From contig JACKAQ010000002.1 of assembly GCA_020634975.1 (NCBI GenBank), positions 93,456-157,455 on the forward strand: a DNA stretch of 64,000 nt, given 5' to 3'. Position numbers and translations under genes: made by a program. Within the stretch, counting starts at the first letter, position 1. Each line of letters begins with the position of its first letter. Under the pieces are notes generated by a model. It was not told the origin of the DNA, ran no database searches, and was given only the letters and a program-made list of their open reading frames with translations. The DNA is from Calditrichia bacterium (lineage in GTDB: Bacteria > Calditrichota > Calditrichia > RBG-13-44-9 > J075). This document shows, in pieces, positions 9,840 to 19,141 of this stretch.

Positions 9840-11251
9840 TTCAGAAGCATCATCTTTCTGGTTTCGGATGTTACGCCGTTTACATCCAGTCTGTAAAAAT
9901 AAACGCCGGAAGTCAGACCGCTGGCATCGAACGTTACTTGCTGTTCACCGGCTGACTGGATTTCGTTCACCAATGTGGTTACTTCCGCACCGGTGATATC
10001 GAAAACGCGCAGCACAACCGCGCCGTTTTTCGGCAGAAAATAGCTGATCACCGTTCCCGGGTTGAAAGGGTTCGGGTAATTTTGGCGCAGATAAAATTCG
10101 ACTGGTGTGTTGAAACGATCATCGTCGATACCTACCGCATCGCAGTTGCCTGCCCAGCGTTGATCGCTGATCGCCACGCCGCCAAAGCCTTTGTTGCACA
10201 CTTGCGAATTGTTGGCAAGGGTGTAATCCAGATTTCCGGGATCGGCGTAATTGGGATCGTATCCATAAACTGTGGATGAATCGACCGTGCCGCCTTTGGT
10301 TGCGCTGATGCGACCGGAACCGGGCTCCGGCGCTGTAAACGAATTCACGTTGAACGTATCGATATGGCTGACAACCGAGCCGAGTTCCTGAATTTGTAAA
10401 ACATAATCATCGCGACCGTGACCGGATTCCCGGGAATTGGTTACCAGAATATTCCGGGCGATTGTACCGCGATTGTTTTTCACAAACATCATCCGGGTTG
10501 CGCTGGCGTTGACGGTCAGGTTTTCGAATAATGCGTAAGCATCTTGGGTGCTGGTGTCCAGATCTGCATAAAAACGGATGCACTCGGCATCGATATTTGT
10601 GAATGTGCAGTTGCGAACAATCAGCGAATCGAGTGCGCGATCGATGGGATATTTTTCCGTTTCGGAGATGCGGATCGCTTCGTATCCGGTGTTGGCGAAC
10701 GAGCAATCTTCGATGCGAATCGTTCCGGCATCCACGCCTGTCAAAAAGTAAAATCCGTGACCATCTTTCGATAAGTCTTTGTCTTCATAAAAGTTAACGA
10801 AATCGCAATTGCGAATGGTTACGTTTAAACCGACTTTCGGCTGCGGGAATCCGTCCGGACCTTCGCCGACGCGAATGGCGTATTTCATGCCGTGGGTTGC
10901 CGGGTGTCCGCCATCAAAAATGACACCTTCCACAACAAAATCATTGTGAACGCGGAAAATTTCCAACTGGGTGCCGTTGGCGTCGCTGTGGGTGAGGATG
11001 GGTTTATTGGTCAATCCCGGTGCCGCAACAATGGTTAACGGGTGTTTAACTTGAAAATAAACCGTATCGGTGGTGGTGTACACGCCGCCATCGGTCACCA
11101 AAACCAACGAATCGATCATATTGTTGAACGCAAAATCCATAGCCAATTTGAAATCGAACTGATCGTCCACTTCAATTTTGCTGGCGAATAGCGGGTTTGC
11201 AAACATCAGCAGTATCATGCTGATAAAACCTGTTATCGCTAATTTCTTCAT
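9836..11251 (-). CDS. secreted beta-helix protein of an uncharacterised family, T9SS CTD
   Basis: Start set at ATG 11251 (MKKLAITGF...), preceded by AGGAGG. The longer track ORF only extends through the tandem repeats. Conserved block GYEAIRISETEKYPIDRALDSLIVRNCTFTNIDAECIRFY is shared with the protein at 19969-22917. CTD: RQNYPNPFNPGTVISY...RKMMLLK. ATGA overlap with the PL6 gene. Confidence 0.65.
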   Translation of the reverse strand: MKKLAITGFISMILLMFANPLFASKIEVDDQFDFKLAMDFAFNNMIDSLVLVTDGGVYTTTDTVYFQVKHPLTIVAAPGLTNKPILTHSDANGTQLEIFRVHNDFVVEGVIFDGGHPATHGMKYAIRVGEGPDGFPQPKVGLNVTIRNCDFVNFYEDKDLSKDGHGFYFLTGVDAGTIRIEDCSFANTGYEAIRISETEKYPIDRALDSLIVRNCTFTNIDAECIRFYADLDTSTQDAYALFENLTVNASATRMMFVKNNRGTIARNILVTNSRESGHGRDDYVLQIQELGSVVSHIDTFNVNSFTAPEPGSGRISATKGGTVDSSTVYGYDPNYADPGNLDYTLANNSQVCNKGFGGVAISDQRWAGNCDAVGIDDDRFNTPVEFYLRQNYPNPFNPGTVISYFLPKNGAVVLRVFDITGAEVTTLVNEIQSAGEQQVTFDASGLTSGVYFYRLDVNGVTSETRKMMLLK

Positions 11252-11277
11252 AATGCCTCCTGGTTTATTAAATGTGA

Positions 11278-11378
11278 GTAGATACAATTCATGAATTGTA
11301 TCTACCATTATCATGAATTGTATCTACCATTATCATGAATTGTATCTACCATTATCATAAATTGCATTTACCCATTGC
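11278..11378. repeat. 13-2-13 palindrome followed by three perfect and one degenerate 22-bp tandem repeats
   Basis: gtagatacaattc-at-gaattgtatctac at 11278-11305. Unit atgaattgtatctaccattatc at 11291-11312, 11313-11334 and 11335-11356. Degenerate copy ataaattgcatttacccattgc at 11357-11378. Lies in the 135-bp gap upstream of the gene starting at 11251. Confidence 0.9.
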
Positions 11379-11386
11379 TGTTACAA

Positions 11387-12907
11387 TCAAAATTGATACG
11401 CGTAACCGAGATAAAAATTATTCAACGATTCCTGCACATAATTGGTGTTGCTGTAATAGGAATCGTGGTAGCGCAGCCGGCGCCATTCGTATGCTGCGTC
11501 GATGCGACCGAGATTCCACAATTTCAAACTGGCGCCGAAAGAATAGCTATCCGATGCGGGACCTTCGTCGTCGAAAGCTGCGCCGTCGGGAACAAACGTT
11601 ACCGGCAAGCTGCGATAGCCACCCATCACCGAGAGAAATTCCGTCGCGCGATATTCGATGCCAAATCGCAGTGCCCGGTAATCTGCCCATTTCTGGAACA
11701 ATGAGTCCATCGGCTGGCTGGTCATCCGGTAATCGGCATCGCCGTATGGCGCGATATCGATGTCCATCGCAAAAGTAAAATTATCCACCGGCGTAACACT
11801 CAGCCCGAGCTGGAAAGTTGCCGGAACATCAATTTCATCGGTGCCACTGCTGTTAGTTGTGGTTGCTGTGCCAATTCCGCTGTTCACAGTTTCGTTGGTT
11901 GACGCTAATTGCCAGTCCCGCGCAATGGTGTAGGGCAGCCCGATTTTGGCACCAACGTTAAATCGCTGGAATTTCAACAACATGCCCAAATCAAAACGGG
12001 TTGCGCTAAAATCAGATTTTCCAGTGGTTTGTGTGGTGAGCGTATCGTATGAAAACCGGAATTTATTGTTACCGACCAGATCAAAATATCCCACTTTGTC
12101 GAGCAATTGGCGGTCGTCGGTTTCGGCAGACATGACGTTTACGGCAACGCCCAGTTCCAGCATTTTGAACGCCTGAACCGCAACCGCGCCGTTGATGTTG
12201 GTAACATTTCCGTCCCGTTCGCGCAAAAAGCGATGCCAGTTAAAGCTGACCGTATCCGTTGTGGTACCAACCGGCGGATTGCCGTAGAGATTGAAACCGA
12301 TATGCGGATCGAGATAGGTATCGTTGCGATCGAAATCGTCGATCAGAATATTTTGCGAATATCCCGCAGCGACAACCAGTTGACGTCCGCCCAATGCGAA
12401 TGGCATTGCCGCCATCACATTATTCAAGCCGGATTCGCTGAGTTTTTGTTTCCAGTCCGCAGCTTCGTCGCTGAAAGGATCGAGCCCCATATCCGGTTCG
12501 CGGATCTCGTACGTCACCGAATCGAAACCGAGCGTTCCGGCCAATTCGTGATCCCACATGCCGTTGTATCGCGCTTCGGGCGTGTACAGCCCTTCCAGAT
12601 AAAACGGCAGCGTTTGGTAAATGCGGTTGGGGCGATATTCCTGATTTTCCTGCCAACTCCGGCTTTGGGATATCGAACCGATGGAAAGCTGCAACGAAGT
12701 GATGCCTGCCAAACCGGCCGGATTACGGAACAGATTGCCCAAATCACCGGAAAGCGCGGTAGTTGCACCGCCCATCGCCATGGCTTTGACACCCACATCC
12801 TGCGGCGTTGCCAATCCCTGAAAAGCCAGTTGATCTCCGCGACGCTGGGCAAAAAGGGATACTGTCACCAGCAATGTTGCTAAAACGATAAATACTTGTT
12901 TGTTCAT
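11387..12907 (-). CDS. outer-membrane beta-barrel protein, PorV/FadL-like
   Basis: 506-aa ORF with a signal peptide. N-terminal GVKAMAMGGATTALSGDLGNLFRNPAGLAGI matches the G-x-G-A-x-x-x-G-M-G-G-A...NPAGL signature shared by FadL and PorV barrels. Ends in aromatic YAYQF. Confidence 0.5.
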   Translation of the reverse strand: MNKQVFIVLATLLVTVSLFAQRRGDQLAFQGLATPQDVGVKAMAMGGATTALSGDLGNLFRNPAGLAGITSLQLSIGSISQSRSWQENQEYRPNRIYQTLPFYLEGLYTPEARYNGMWDHELAGTLGFDSVTYEIREPDMGLDPFSDEAADWKQKLSESGLNNVMAAMPFALGGRQLVVAAGYSQNILIDDFDRNDTYLDPHIGFNLYGNPPVGTTTDTVSFNWHRFLRERDGNVTNINGAVAVQAFKMLELGVAVNVMSAETDDRQLLDKVGYFDLVGNNKFRFSYDTLTTQTTGKSDFSATRFDLGMLLKFQRFNVGAKIGLPYTIARDWQLASTNETVNSGIGTATTTNSSGTDEIDVPATFQLGLSVTPVDNFTFAMDIDIAPYGDADYRMTSQPMDSLFQKWADYRALRFGIEYRATEFLSVMGGYRSLPVTFVPDGAAFDDEGPASDSYSFGASLKLWNLGRIDAAYEWRRLRYHDSYYSNTNYVQESLNNFYLGYAYQF

Positions 12908-12945
12908 GGTTTATGACCTCAATTTATGTCGCGCCTTGCCCACCG

Positions 12946-13917
12946 TTATTGTAAAGAAAGTCCCACCGAAAACCGGTGAACGCCGCTTAACAGATCGCCG
13001 TAATCGTTATACGAATAGTCAAAACGATAGCCTTTGTAATTCATGCCCATGCCGAGGGCAATGCCTTCTTCATCGTAATTCATTTTGTAGCCGCCGCGCA
13101 AAAACAGCAGATTGCTGAACCCGTATTCCAGCCCGACGTTGTATTGCTGGTCGTAATCGCGCGGTTGAACCATGTCGAATGCGACCTGAACCGAATGCGT
13201 TTCGGAAATGGTGCCGAGATTGGCGGACGGTCCCATCAAAAAGCCGCTGATGCCGATGTTGAAGGTTTGCGGCAGCGGAAAATCTTTATCGATAAACGCC
13301 ACATTTTGCCCGAAATGGCGCACCGCCGCGGAAATCTGCACCGTTCGGAAACCGGTGTTGTAAATCAACCCGCCGTCAAAAACCACGGCGCTGGCGCTTT
13401 CCAGCCACAAATCTTCCCGGACAAATTTGGCGGTGATGCCAAATGAAAATTGTTCAGTCAACGATCGCGCCCACGAAACGCCGAGAACCATCGCGCCCGG
13501 CGAAAATGTGTTACCGGTCAGTCCAGGCATGTACACATCGTTTTCGTTGAAACCGAGTTGCGAAACAGTGGTTTCTTCAATTTCTCCGACATCCGTCAGC
13601 AAAGCCTGAAACCCCAAAACGCCCCAGGTTCCGGCATTCCAGCCGATCGCCAGCGAGGTATGTTTTACATCAAAAAAGTAATCCATGTATGATGCTTCGA
13701 CATCGAACCGGCGAACGGTCGTCAGCGCTCCGGGATTCCAGAATACCGCATCCGCGCCAAAAACGGCAGCGGAATACGCCTCACCCATGCCGGTGGAGCG
13801 CGCGCTCATGCCCACTTTCAGAAATTGAAAAGAGGTGGTGCCCACTTTTTCAAATCCGAAAGCAAGGGTTGTTATCAAAAGCCCTAAGCTTATAATTTTA
13901 TTGAAATTGGTGATCAT
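12946..13917 (-). CDS. PorV/PorQ-family outer-membrane beta-barrel protein
   Basis: 323-aa ORF. GTTSFQFLKVGMSARSTGMGEAYSAAVFGADAVFWNPGAL closely resembles the PorV-family N-terminal signature. GAGGAG SD upstream. Confidence 0.65.
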   Translation of the reverse strand: MITNFNKIISLGLLITTLAFGFEKVGTTSFQFLKVGMSARSTGMGEAYSAAVFGADAVFWNPGALTTVRRFDVEASYMDYFFDVKHTSLAIGWNAGTWGVLGFQALLTDVGEIEETTVSQLGFNENDVYMPGLTGNTFSPGAMVLGVSWARSLTEQFSFGITAKFVREDLWLESASAVVFDGGLIYNTGFRTVQISAAVRHFGQNVAFIDKDFPLPQTFNIGISGFLMGPSANLGTISETHSVQVAFDMVQPRDYDQQYNVGLEYGFSNLLFLRGGYKMNYDEEGIALGMGMNYKGYRFDYSYNDYGDLLSGVHRFSVGLSLQ

Positions 13918-13927
13918 GATGATCTCC

Positions 13928-16168
13928 TCACTTGATTACCACAAATTTGCCATGCGTTTGTTTGCCTTCCGGAGTGGTGACCACATAAAAATAGACGCCG
14001 GAGGCAATTTCCTGATCGTTACGGGATGCCTGAAACCATGCGACAGAATACACCGGTGTGTTGTGTTCGATCGTTTCGATCAACTGTCCGGCGTATGAAT
14101 AAATGCGAATGGTGCATTCCCGGGGGAGTCCGTAAAACCCGATTTGTCCGGCGGTTGCGCCGCCGCCGCTAAATCCGGAGGAAATGCGGAAGGGGTTGGG
14201 AACGGCGTAAATTTTATCACCCTGTTCCGGGCTGAAATTATCCACCGATCCGATATTTTTTTCAAATTCCACAATATTGGTGCGACCGCTGGTGTTGCCG
14301 TTTTCATCGACCGAAATCACCGAATAAAAGCGTTTTTCGCCCACTTTGAAATTTTCATCGGTATCGATGAATTCATAAATATCGTCGCCGGTGACAGCGC
14401 CTTTTTGGAGCGTGCCGATCAATTCCCACGGTCCCATTCCGGCGATGCTCCGGTAAATCTGGAATTCCTGCAAATCGCCCATCAAACGGGGATGGGTAAA
14501 TGCTTCCAGATCGCGCGTCCAGCGAATGCGAACTTCTGCGCTGACCGTATTTTCGATCGTATAATTCGGGGCAGGGAAGGGGACGGGAATTTTATAGCTG
14601 CCGTCTTTCGGATAATCTTCCGGCCACACCGGCAGTTGCGGTTCTTCGCCGAGATACGCCGTAAACGCTTTGTGGGCAACCTGGGTAACGTTGCGAACGT
14701 CGCTGTTAACATAATCCGGGTAACCGTATTCCGTGAGATAGTTTTCAGTCATCACTTCGCCGTCAATTGTGTAGCGGCGATCCAGCGATGGCGTGTTTGC
14801 CCACTGCGTGATGGTTTGTCCGCCCTCGATGCGTTTGCCGGGCTGCGCGCCGTAACCAACTACTTCGGCAAGGGCGTATTCCAGTTTGTCACCGTGATTG
14901 AGGGTGTACGGTCCGAAAACGATGTGCTTTTGTCCCGCATCCGCGCTTTGGCGATAGGGATACGCGGCACGTCCGATCCAGCGCGGGCTCGGCGGCTCCG
15001 GCCAGGTGGTGCTGCCGGGGGCATATCTGCCGCTCCAGCGGTTGTCCGGATTGATCGATTCGACCATCATTTTGGAGCTGCGGGTGTTCCCGGTGCTCAC
15101 TTTGTTCGACCACGGCTGTTTGATGCGCAGGTTTTCCGACAATTCGTAATATTCGCCAAAATTGGTGCGTAAAATTTTCACCGCTTCGGATTCATTTCGC
15201 GAAAGATCGAACGGATCGACAATCGCGAGATGAGTGGTATCGTATTGCAACATCGCCATTCCCGGTGCCTGCGGACTGGTGAGTGCGCCGCCGTTCAAAC
15301 CGGTTTCGGCAAATTGCCGGAAAAGCTCTTTGTTCGGCTCCGGTTTTGCGATCTGGTTTTCGCTGCCGGTTCGCAAATTCATATTGAAAGACAGCCAGTA
15401 ATCCGCGTCCCAAAAACCGTTTTGGTCTCCGCGATAAATACCGCCCTCATACAGCCATTCCTGATAATGGCGCTGATAGCCATACATCGATGGCGCCCAA
15501 CCGTAAATGAATAATGGCATGAAATCACGCAGTTGCTCAGTTTGCTCGATGGTGCTTTCGTCGCCGTCTGTATCTCCGGTGTATTCGAGGGTGTATTCGT
15601 AAATGATCATATCATCGTAATCGGGATAGCTCCACGCCCGCGATGTCCGGGTGACGGTTACGCCGATAGGCGTTGCCCATTTCGCGATGATAATTTCTTC
15701 CGCTTCATCCGGGTTGTAATCCGGGTTAATGCTGCCGTCATCCAACAGCGGGAAATTCTCGATTTCCACGAGCGACAACGGATAGCTCCAGACATTCACG
15801 GTAACTTCCGCCTCGCTGGCGCCGATGCCGCCGCAAAAAGCATACATCCGGTTGGCAAGTTCCGGTTTGCTGGCGAGGTTGGCAGCCATATACATGCCGC
15901 CGCCGAGAATATTGTGTTGACCGCTGTAATCCAGCCCCTGCACAATCGTTGCGGAGCGGGACGGCCATTCCATCAACGGGAAAGAAGTCCGGTTGCCCTG
16001 CTCTCCGGTTTGCCAGCCGCGCCCGATTTCCCCGGTGTTGAACACGGTTTCGTGCAGCATGCCGCGATCGTGAATACGGAAATCCCGGAAACCCTGCGCA
16101 ACCATCGCCGGACTTACCGAAACGATCAACATCAGGATCAGTGCAGCCGTTTTTGTTAAGGTTTTCAT
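13928..16168 (-). CDS. secreted protein of unknown function with FN3-like domain and CTD-like Ig domain
   Basis: Start set at ATG 16168 (MKTLTKTAALILMLIVSVSPAMVAQG) after GGAGA. About 570 aa have no motif I recognise. An FN3-like segment follows (EVRIRWTRD...FQIYRS...RFYSVISVDENGNTS). A divergent CTD ends the protein: YAVPNPFR...GVYFYVV...GKFVVIK. Confidence 0.6.
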   Translation of the reverse strand: MKTLTKTAALILMLIVSVSPAMVAQGFRDFRIHDRGMLHETVFNTGEIGRGWQTGEQGNRTSFPLMEWPSRSATIVQGLDYSGQHNILGGGMYMAANLASKPELANRMYAFCGGIGASEAEVTVNVWSYPLSLVEIENFPLLDDGSINPDYNPDEAEEIIIAKWATPIGVTVTRTSRAWSYPDYDDMIIYEYTLEYTGDTDGDESTIEQTEQLRDFMPLFIYGWAPSMYGYQRHYQEWLYEGGIYRGDQNGFWDADYWLSFNMNLRTGSENQIAKPEPNKELFRQFAETGLNGGALTSPQAPGMAMLQYDTTHLAIVDPFDLSRNESEAVKILRTNFGEYYELSENLRIKQPWSNKVSTGNTRSSKMMVESINPDNRWSGRYAPGSTTWPEPPSPRWIGRAAYPYRQSADAGQKHIVFGPYTLNHGDKLEYALAEVVGYGAQPGKRIEGGQTITQWANTPSLDRRYTIDGEVMTENYLTEYGYPDYVNSDVRNVTQVAHKAFTAYLGEEPQLPVWPEDYPKDGSYKIPVPFPAPNYTIENTVSAEVRIRWTRDLEAFTHPRLMGDLQEFQIYRSIAGMGPWELIGTLQKGAVTGDDIYEFIDTDENFKVGEKRFYSVISVDENGNTSGRTNIVEFEKNIGSVDNFSPEQGDKIYAVPNPFRISSGFSGGGATAGQIGFYGLPRECTIRIYSYAGQLIETIEHNTPVYSVAWFQASRNDQEIASGVYFYVVTTPEGKQTHGKFVVIK

Positions 16169-16230
16169 TCTGTTATCTCCAAAAATTTCTTTCGTTTTCC
16201 GCATGACATTTTCAAATCGTTGATCCGAAA

Positions 16231-19086
16231 TCAGAATCGCAGATACATGCCAAAGCGATAATGGCGCGGTTGATTGGCAACCAGATACACGCCCCGGCTG
16301 GTGTTGTACGGATCGTTCTCGTATTCAGTCAGGAAAATGTCGTTTCGCAGATTCCAGTCTTCCGCGGTTTCTTTATCGCCGAATGCGCGGGAATATGAAA
16401 ACACACCCTGATTGAGCAGGTTGAACGCTTCGAAATAGAGATTAAACTGCTGTTTCTGAATGACAATCCCTTTTTCGATGCGCATTTTCCAATCTTTTTC
16501 ATTGGGCGTGCGTTGGTTAAATTGCAAGCCCTGACCGGTGTTGTCGAACGTGTACGGACGTCCGGTCATGTATCGGAAAGTGGTGCTGAATTTCATTCTG
16601 CCAAACGGGTGATAGCCCAACACGGAAAAAAAGTCATCTTCATTTGTGTTAAAGCGCAGGTTGAAAACCGCTTTGTGGGTTCGGTCGAAGTTGAGATACA
16701 CATCGCCGAGTGCCGGCAGGTTTTCGGTAAACAGCGCGCCGTCTAATCCGGCTTCCTGAAAGGTGAGTGGTGCATCCAACGTATTCGGGCGATTTGCGGT
16801 TGCAGTTTCGTAATTATAGCGGACATATCCGTTAATAAATCCGCCGGTTTTTTCGAAACTGATGTGAAATCCTTTGATGTCCGCATATTCCCGGTTGACA
16901 AATGTTTGGTAGGAAACATCCTGAAAATCTTTGTAAATGGCATCCTGAATCAAATTGGTAACATCTTTATAATATGCGCTGACATCCAGCCGGACATCCT
17001 CGGTGATGCCCTGCACCAAACCGAAATCGTATGAATTGGTTTTTTCCGGTTCCAACAGCGGATTGCCCAAATACACAATACCGTTGCTCGAATTTACCTG
17101 ATTGTAAAACACCTGGTTAAAGCTGGGACGCTGGGTAAACGTGCCGTAATTCAGGTGAAAAACAGAGTTTTCGGAAACGGGGAAAGAAACGCCCACACGC
17201 GGTTGAACGATCACTTTCATATCCACATTTTCAACGGCGTCGGGATCGCGGAACGGGGCGTACGGATTTTGAAAAAAGGTGGTTTTGAGATCGTAAAAAT
17301 CGACCCGCATACCAGCGTTGGCAATCATGCCGGAAAATTCCATTTTATCCTGAATAAAAAATGCGCCTTCGATGGGGAAGTTGCGGAAATTCAGATTCCG
17401 GAAGTTGCCGGGTGTGGACAAGCTTTGTTTCATATCCACATTCAGATCGTAATAGGAAAACTGCAATCCGGCTTTCAGCAGGTTGAAGCGGTTGATCTGG
17501 CTGCTCAAACTGGCATCGAGATTGAAGGAATGCACTTTTTCATCGCCGTAATCGTCCTCCGGACGACCAACGCGGTGATTGGATGGCGCAGTGTAATCCA
17601 CCCAGTTGGTGTTGTTCGAATAATCTTCGATAAATTCGCCGTCATCCAGCAATTCGATGCGCTGTTCGGTGAGCAAATTCAGCGATTTCATCCGCAAATC
17701 CATGTAAGTTGAATTGCTGAAAACGTGGTTCCAGCTAAACCCGAACTGCTGCGAAACCGAATTTTCTTTGGCGATACTCAGCGTCCGGTCGAACATCCAG
17801 CGCAGATACGCGCTGCCGATATCGTTGCGGAACTGGCGATCGTAAATATATTCAAATTTTATTTTGTCCGACACGCCGAGCTGATAAGTGATGTTCCCGA
17901 CAAATTGGCGATCGATATCCGCCTGTGTGGTCGGAATAATTGGCGAGATAAAATTTTGCCGGGTGGCAAAAAAGAGCTTCGCTTTTTTTGAAATCGGTCC
18001 GCCGGTGGAGAAATCGAGCCGGGTATCGTATCGGTTATCGTAATCCATTCCGACGCCGCGAACTGCCTGCATCCACAAAATTTGCGAAATCCGGGCAACG
18101 CGCAGCGAATCCTGATGGGTCAGGTTGCGCGGCGGCCACACATTAAACGGCGGCAAATATGTGGGTCCGAAACCGTAGCTGATATCATACAACGGATTCC
18201 CGTCGATCGGGTCCGGTTGCAGCCATTGTTCGAGATCCATCAGCAAATTGTAAAATTGCAAATATTGGGCATCGTAAATGCTGCCGGCTTTCGGGTCGTC
18301 CCCGGTGCCTGTCCATGTTTTGTAATATGGCAGGTTGGACGAAACTTCCATCCGGCTGTTCCATTTGTTGCCGCCCTCTTTGGTGACCATATTCACCACG
18401 CCGGATTGGGCATTGCCATATTCCGCGCTGAAACCGCTGGTGTAAACTTCCACCTCCTGCAGCGCAGTTGTGATGGGACGAAACGCGCGCGAACGGTTGA
18501 GCGGGTTCACAATGCTGCTGCCGCTGACGAGATACAACGCCTCGCCCTCGCGTCCGCCGCGGAAGTTTTCGCCAACCACATCCGCCTGCAAAGAAAGAAT
18601 ATCCGTCACATCCGTTACACCGGCGATGCTCTGAATTTCTTCTACCGTATAGGATTGTTTGGTGGCGGTAACATCTTTCTCAACGCCGAGCGGTTTGTAT
18701 GCGGTTACCAACACTTCTTCGGCTTCCACAGATTGAGTGGCCAGCTGAAAATCCAGCCGGGTGGTTTTGTCCACTTCAACCCGCACTTTTTGTTTCACCT
18801 GATCCTGATAACCAACGTAAATCACCCGAACGTTGTAAACGCCCGGTCGCAAATTGAGGATGAAAAAGAATCCGTCCACATCAGATGCGGCGCCGGATGG
18901 CGTGTCCAATTCCACAATTTCTTCGCCGTCCCATCGGGATTCGACGACGACGTTTGCGCCAATCAGCGCTTCGCCGGTTTCGCTATCGGAAATTTTGCCG
19001 GAAATTTTACCGGTTTCGCCGGCAAAAATCCCGAGAGATCCGCCCATCAATAGCGCGAGACACCACAGTATTTTTCGCACTATCAT
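16231..19086 (-). CDS. TonB-dependent receptor with N-terminal carboxypeptidase-regulatory-like domain
   Basis: 951-aa ORF. GKISGKISDSETGEALIGANVVVE...PGVYNVRVIYVGYQ (CarbopepD_reg fold), then a plug region and a long barrel. C-terminal YRFGMYLRF. GGGAGGA SD. Confidence 0.85.
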   Translation of the reverse strand: MIVRKILWCLALLMGGSLGIFAGETGKISGKISDSETGEALIGANVVVESRWDGEEIVELDTPSGAASDVDGFFFILNLRPGVYNVRVIYVGYQDQVKQKVRVEVDKTTRLDFQLATQSVEAEEVLVTAYKPLGVEKDVTATKQSYTVEEIQSIAGVTDVTDILSLQADVVGENFRGGREGEALYLVSGSSIVNPLNRSRAFRPITTALQEVEVYTSGFSAEYGNAQSGVVNMVTKEGGNKWNSRMEVSSNLPYYKTWTGTGDDPKAGSIYDAQYLQFYNLLMDLEQWLQPDPIDGNPLYDISYGFGPTYLPPFNVWPPRNLTHQDSLRVARISQILWMQAVRGVGMDYDNRYDTRLDFSTGGPISKKAKLFFATRQNFISPIIPTTQADIDRQFVGNITYQLGVSDKIKFEYIYDRQFRNDIGSAYLRWMFDRTLSIAKENSVSQQFGFSWNHVFSNSTYMDLRMKSLNLLTEQRIELLDDGEFIEDYSNNTNWVDYTAPSNHRVGRPEDDYGDEKVHSFNLDASLSSQINRFNLLKAGLQFSYYDLNVDMKQSLSTPGNFRNLNFRNFPIEGAFFIQDKMEFSGMIANAGMRVDFYDLKTTFFQNPYAPFRDPDAVENVDMKVIVQPRVGVSFPVSENSVFHLNYGTFTQRPSFNQVFYNQVNSSNGIVYLGNPLLEPEKTNSYDFGLVQGITEDVRLDVSAYYKDVTNLIQDAIYKDFQDVSYQTFVNREYADIKGFHISFEKTGGFINGYVRYNYETATANRPNTLDAPLTFQEAGLDGALFTENLPALGDVYLNFDRTHKAVFNLRFNTNEDDFFSVLGYHPFGRMKFSTTFRYMTGRPYTFDNTGQGLQFNQRTPNEKDWKMRIEKGIVIQKQQFNLYFEAFNLLNQGVFSYSRAFGDKETAEDWNLRNDIFLTEYENDPYNTSRGVYLVANQPRHYRFGMYLRF

Positions 19087-19141
19087 AAACTGTCCTCCCG
19101 GTTATGTTGAAAACACATTGAACTTGACCTCTGTTTATGGG

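Noticed and set aside
9836-11314. Longer N-terminal extensions of track ORFs (9836-11314, 4911-6863, 51877-52425, 30544-31395, 42896-, 37756-, 50601-, 63134-, 47054-, 13928-16204, 23347-24258)
   Set aside because: In each case an internal ATG preceded by a good Shine-Dalgarno and followed by a signal peptide, or by the family-typical N-terminus, is more plausible. The extensions run through repeats, hairpins or promoters.
11291-11378. CRISPR array
   Set aside because: The 22-bp units are directly abutting with no spacers, there are only 3-4 copies, and there are no cas genes in the window.
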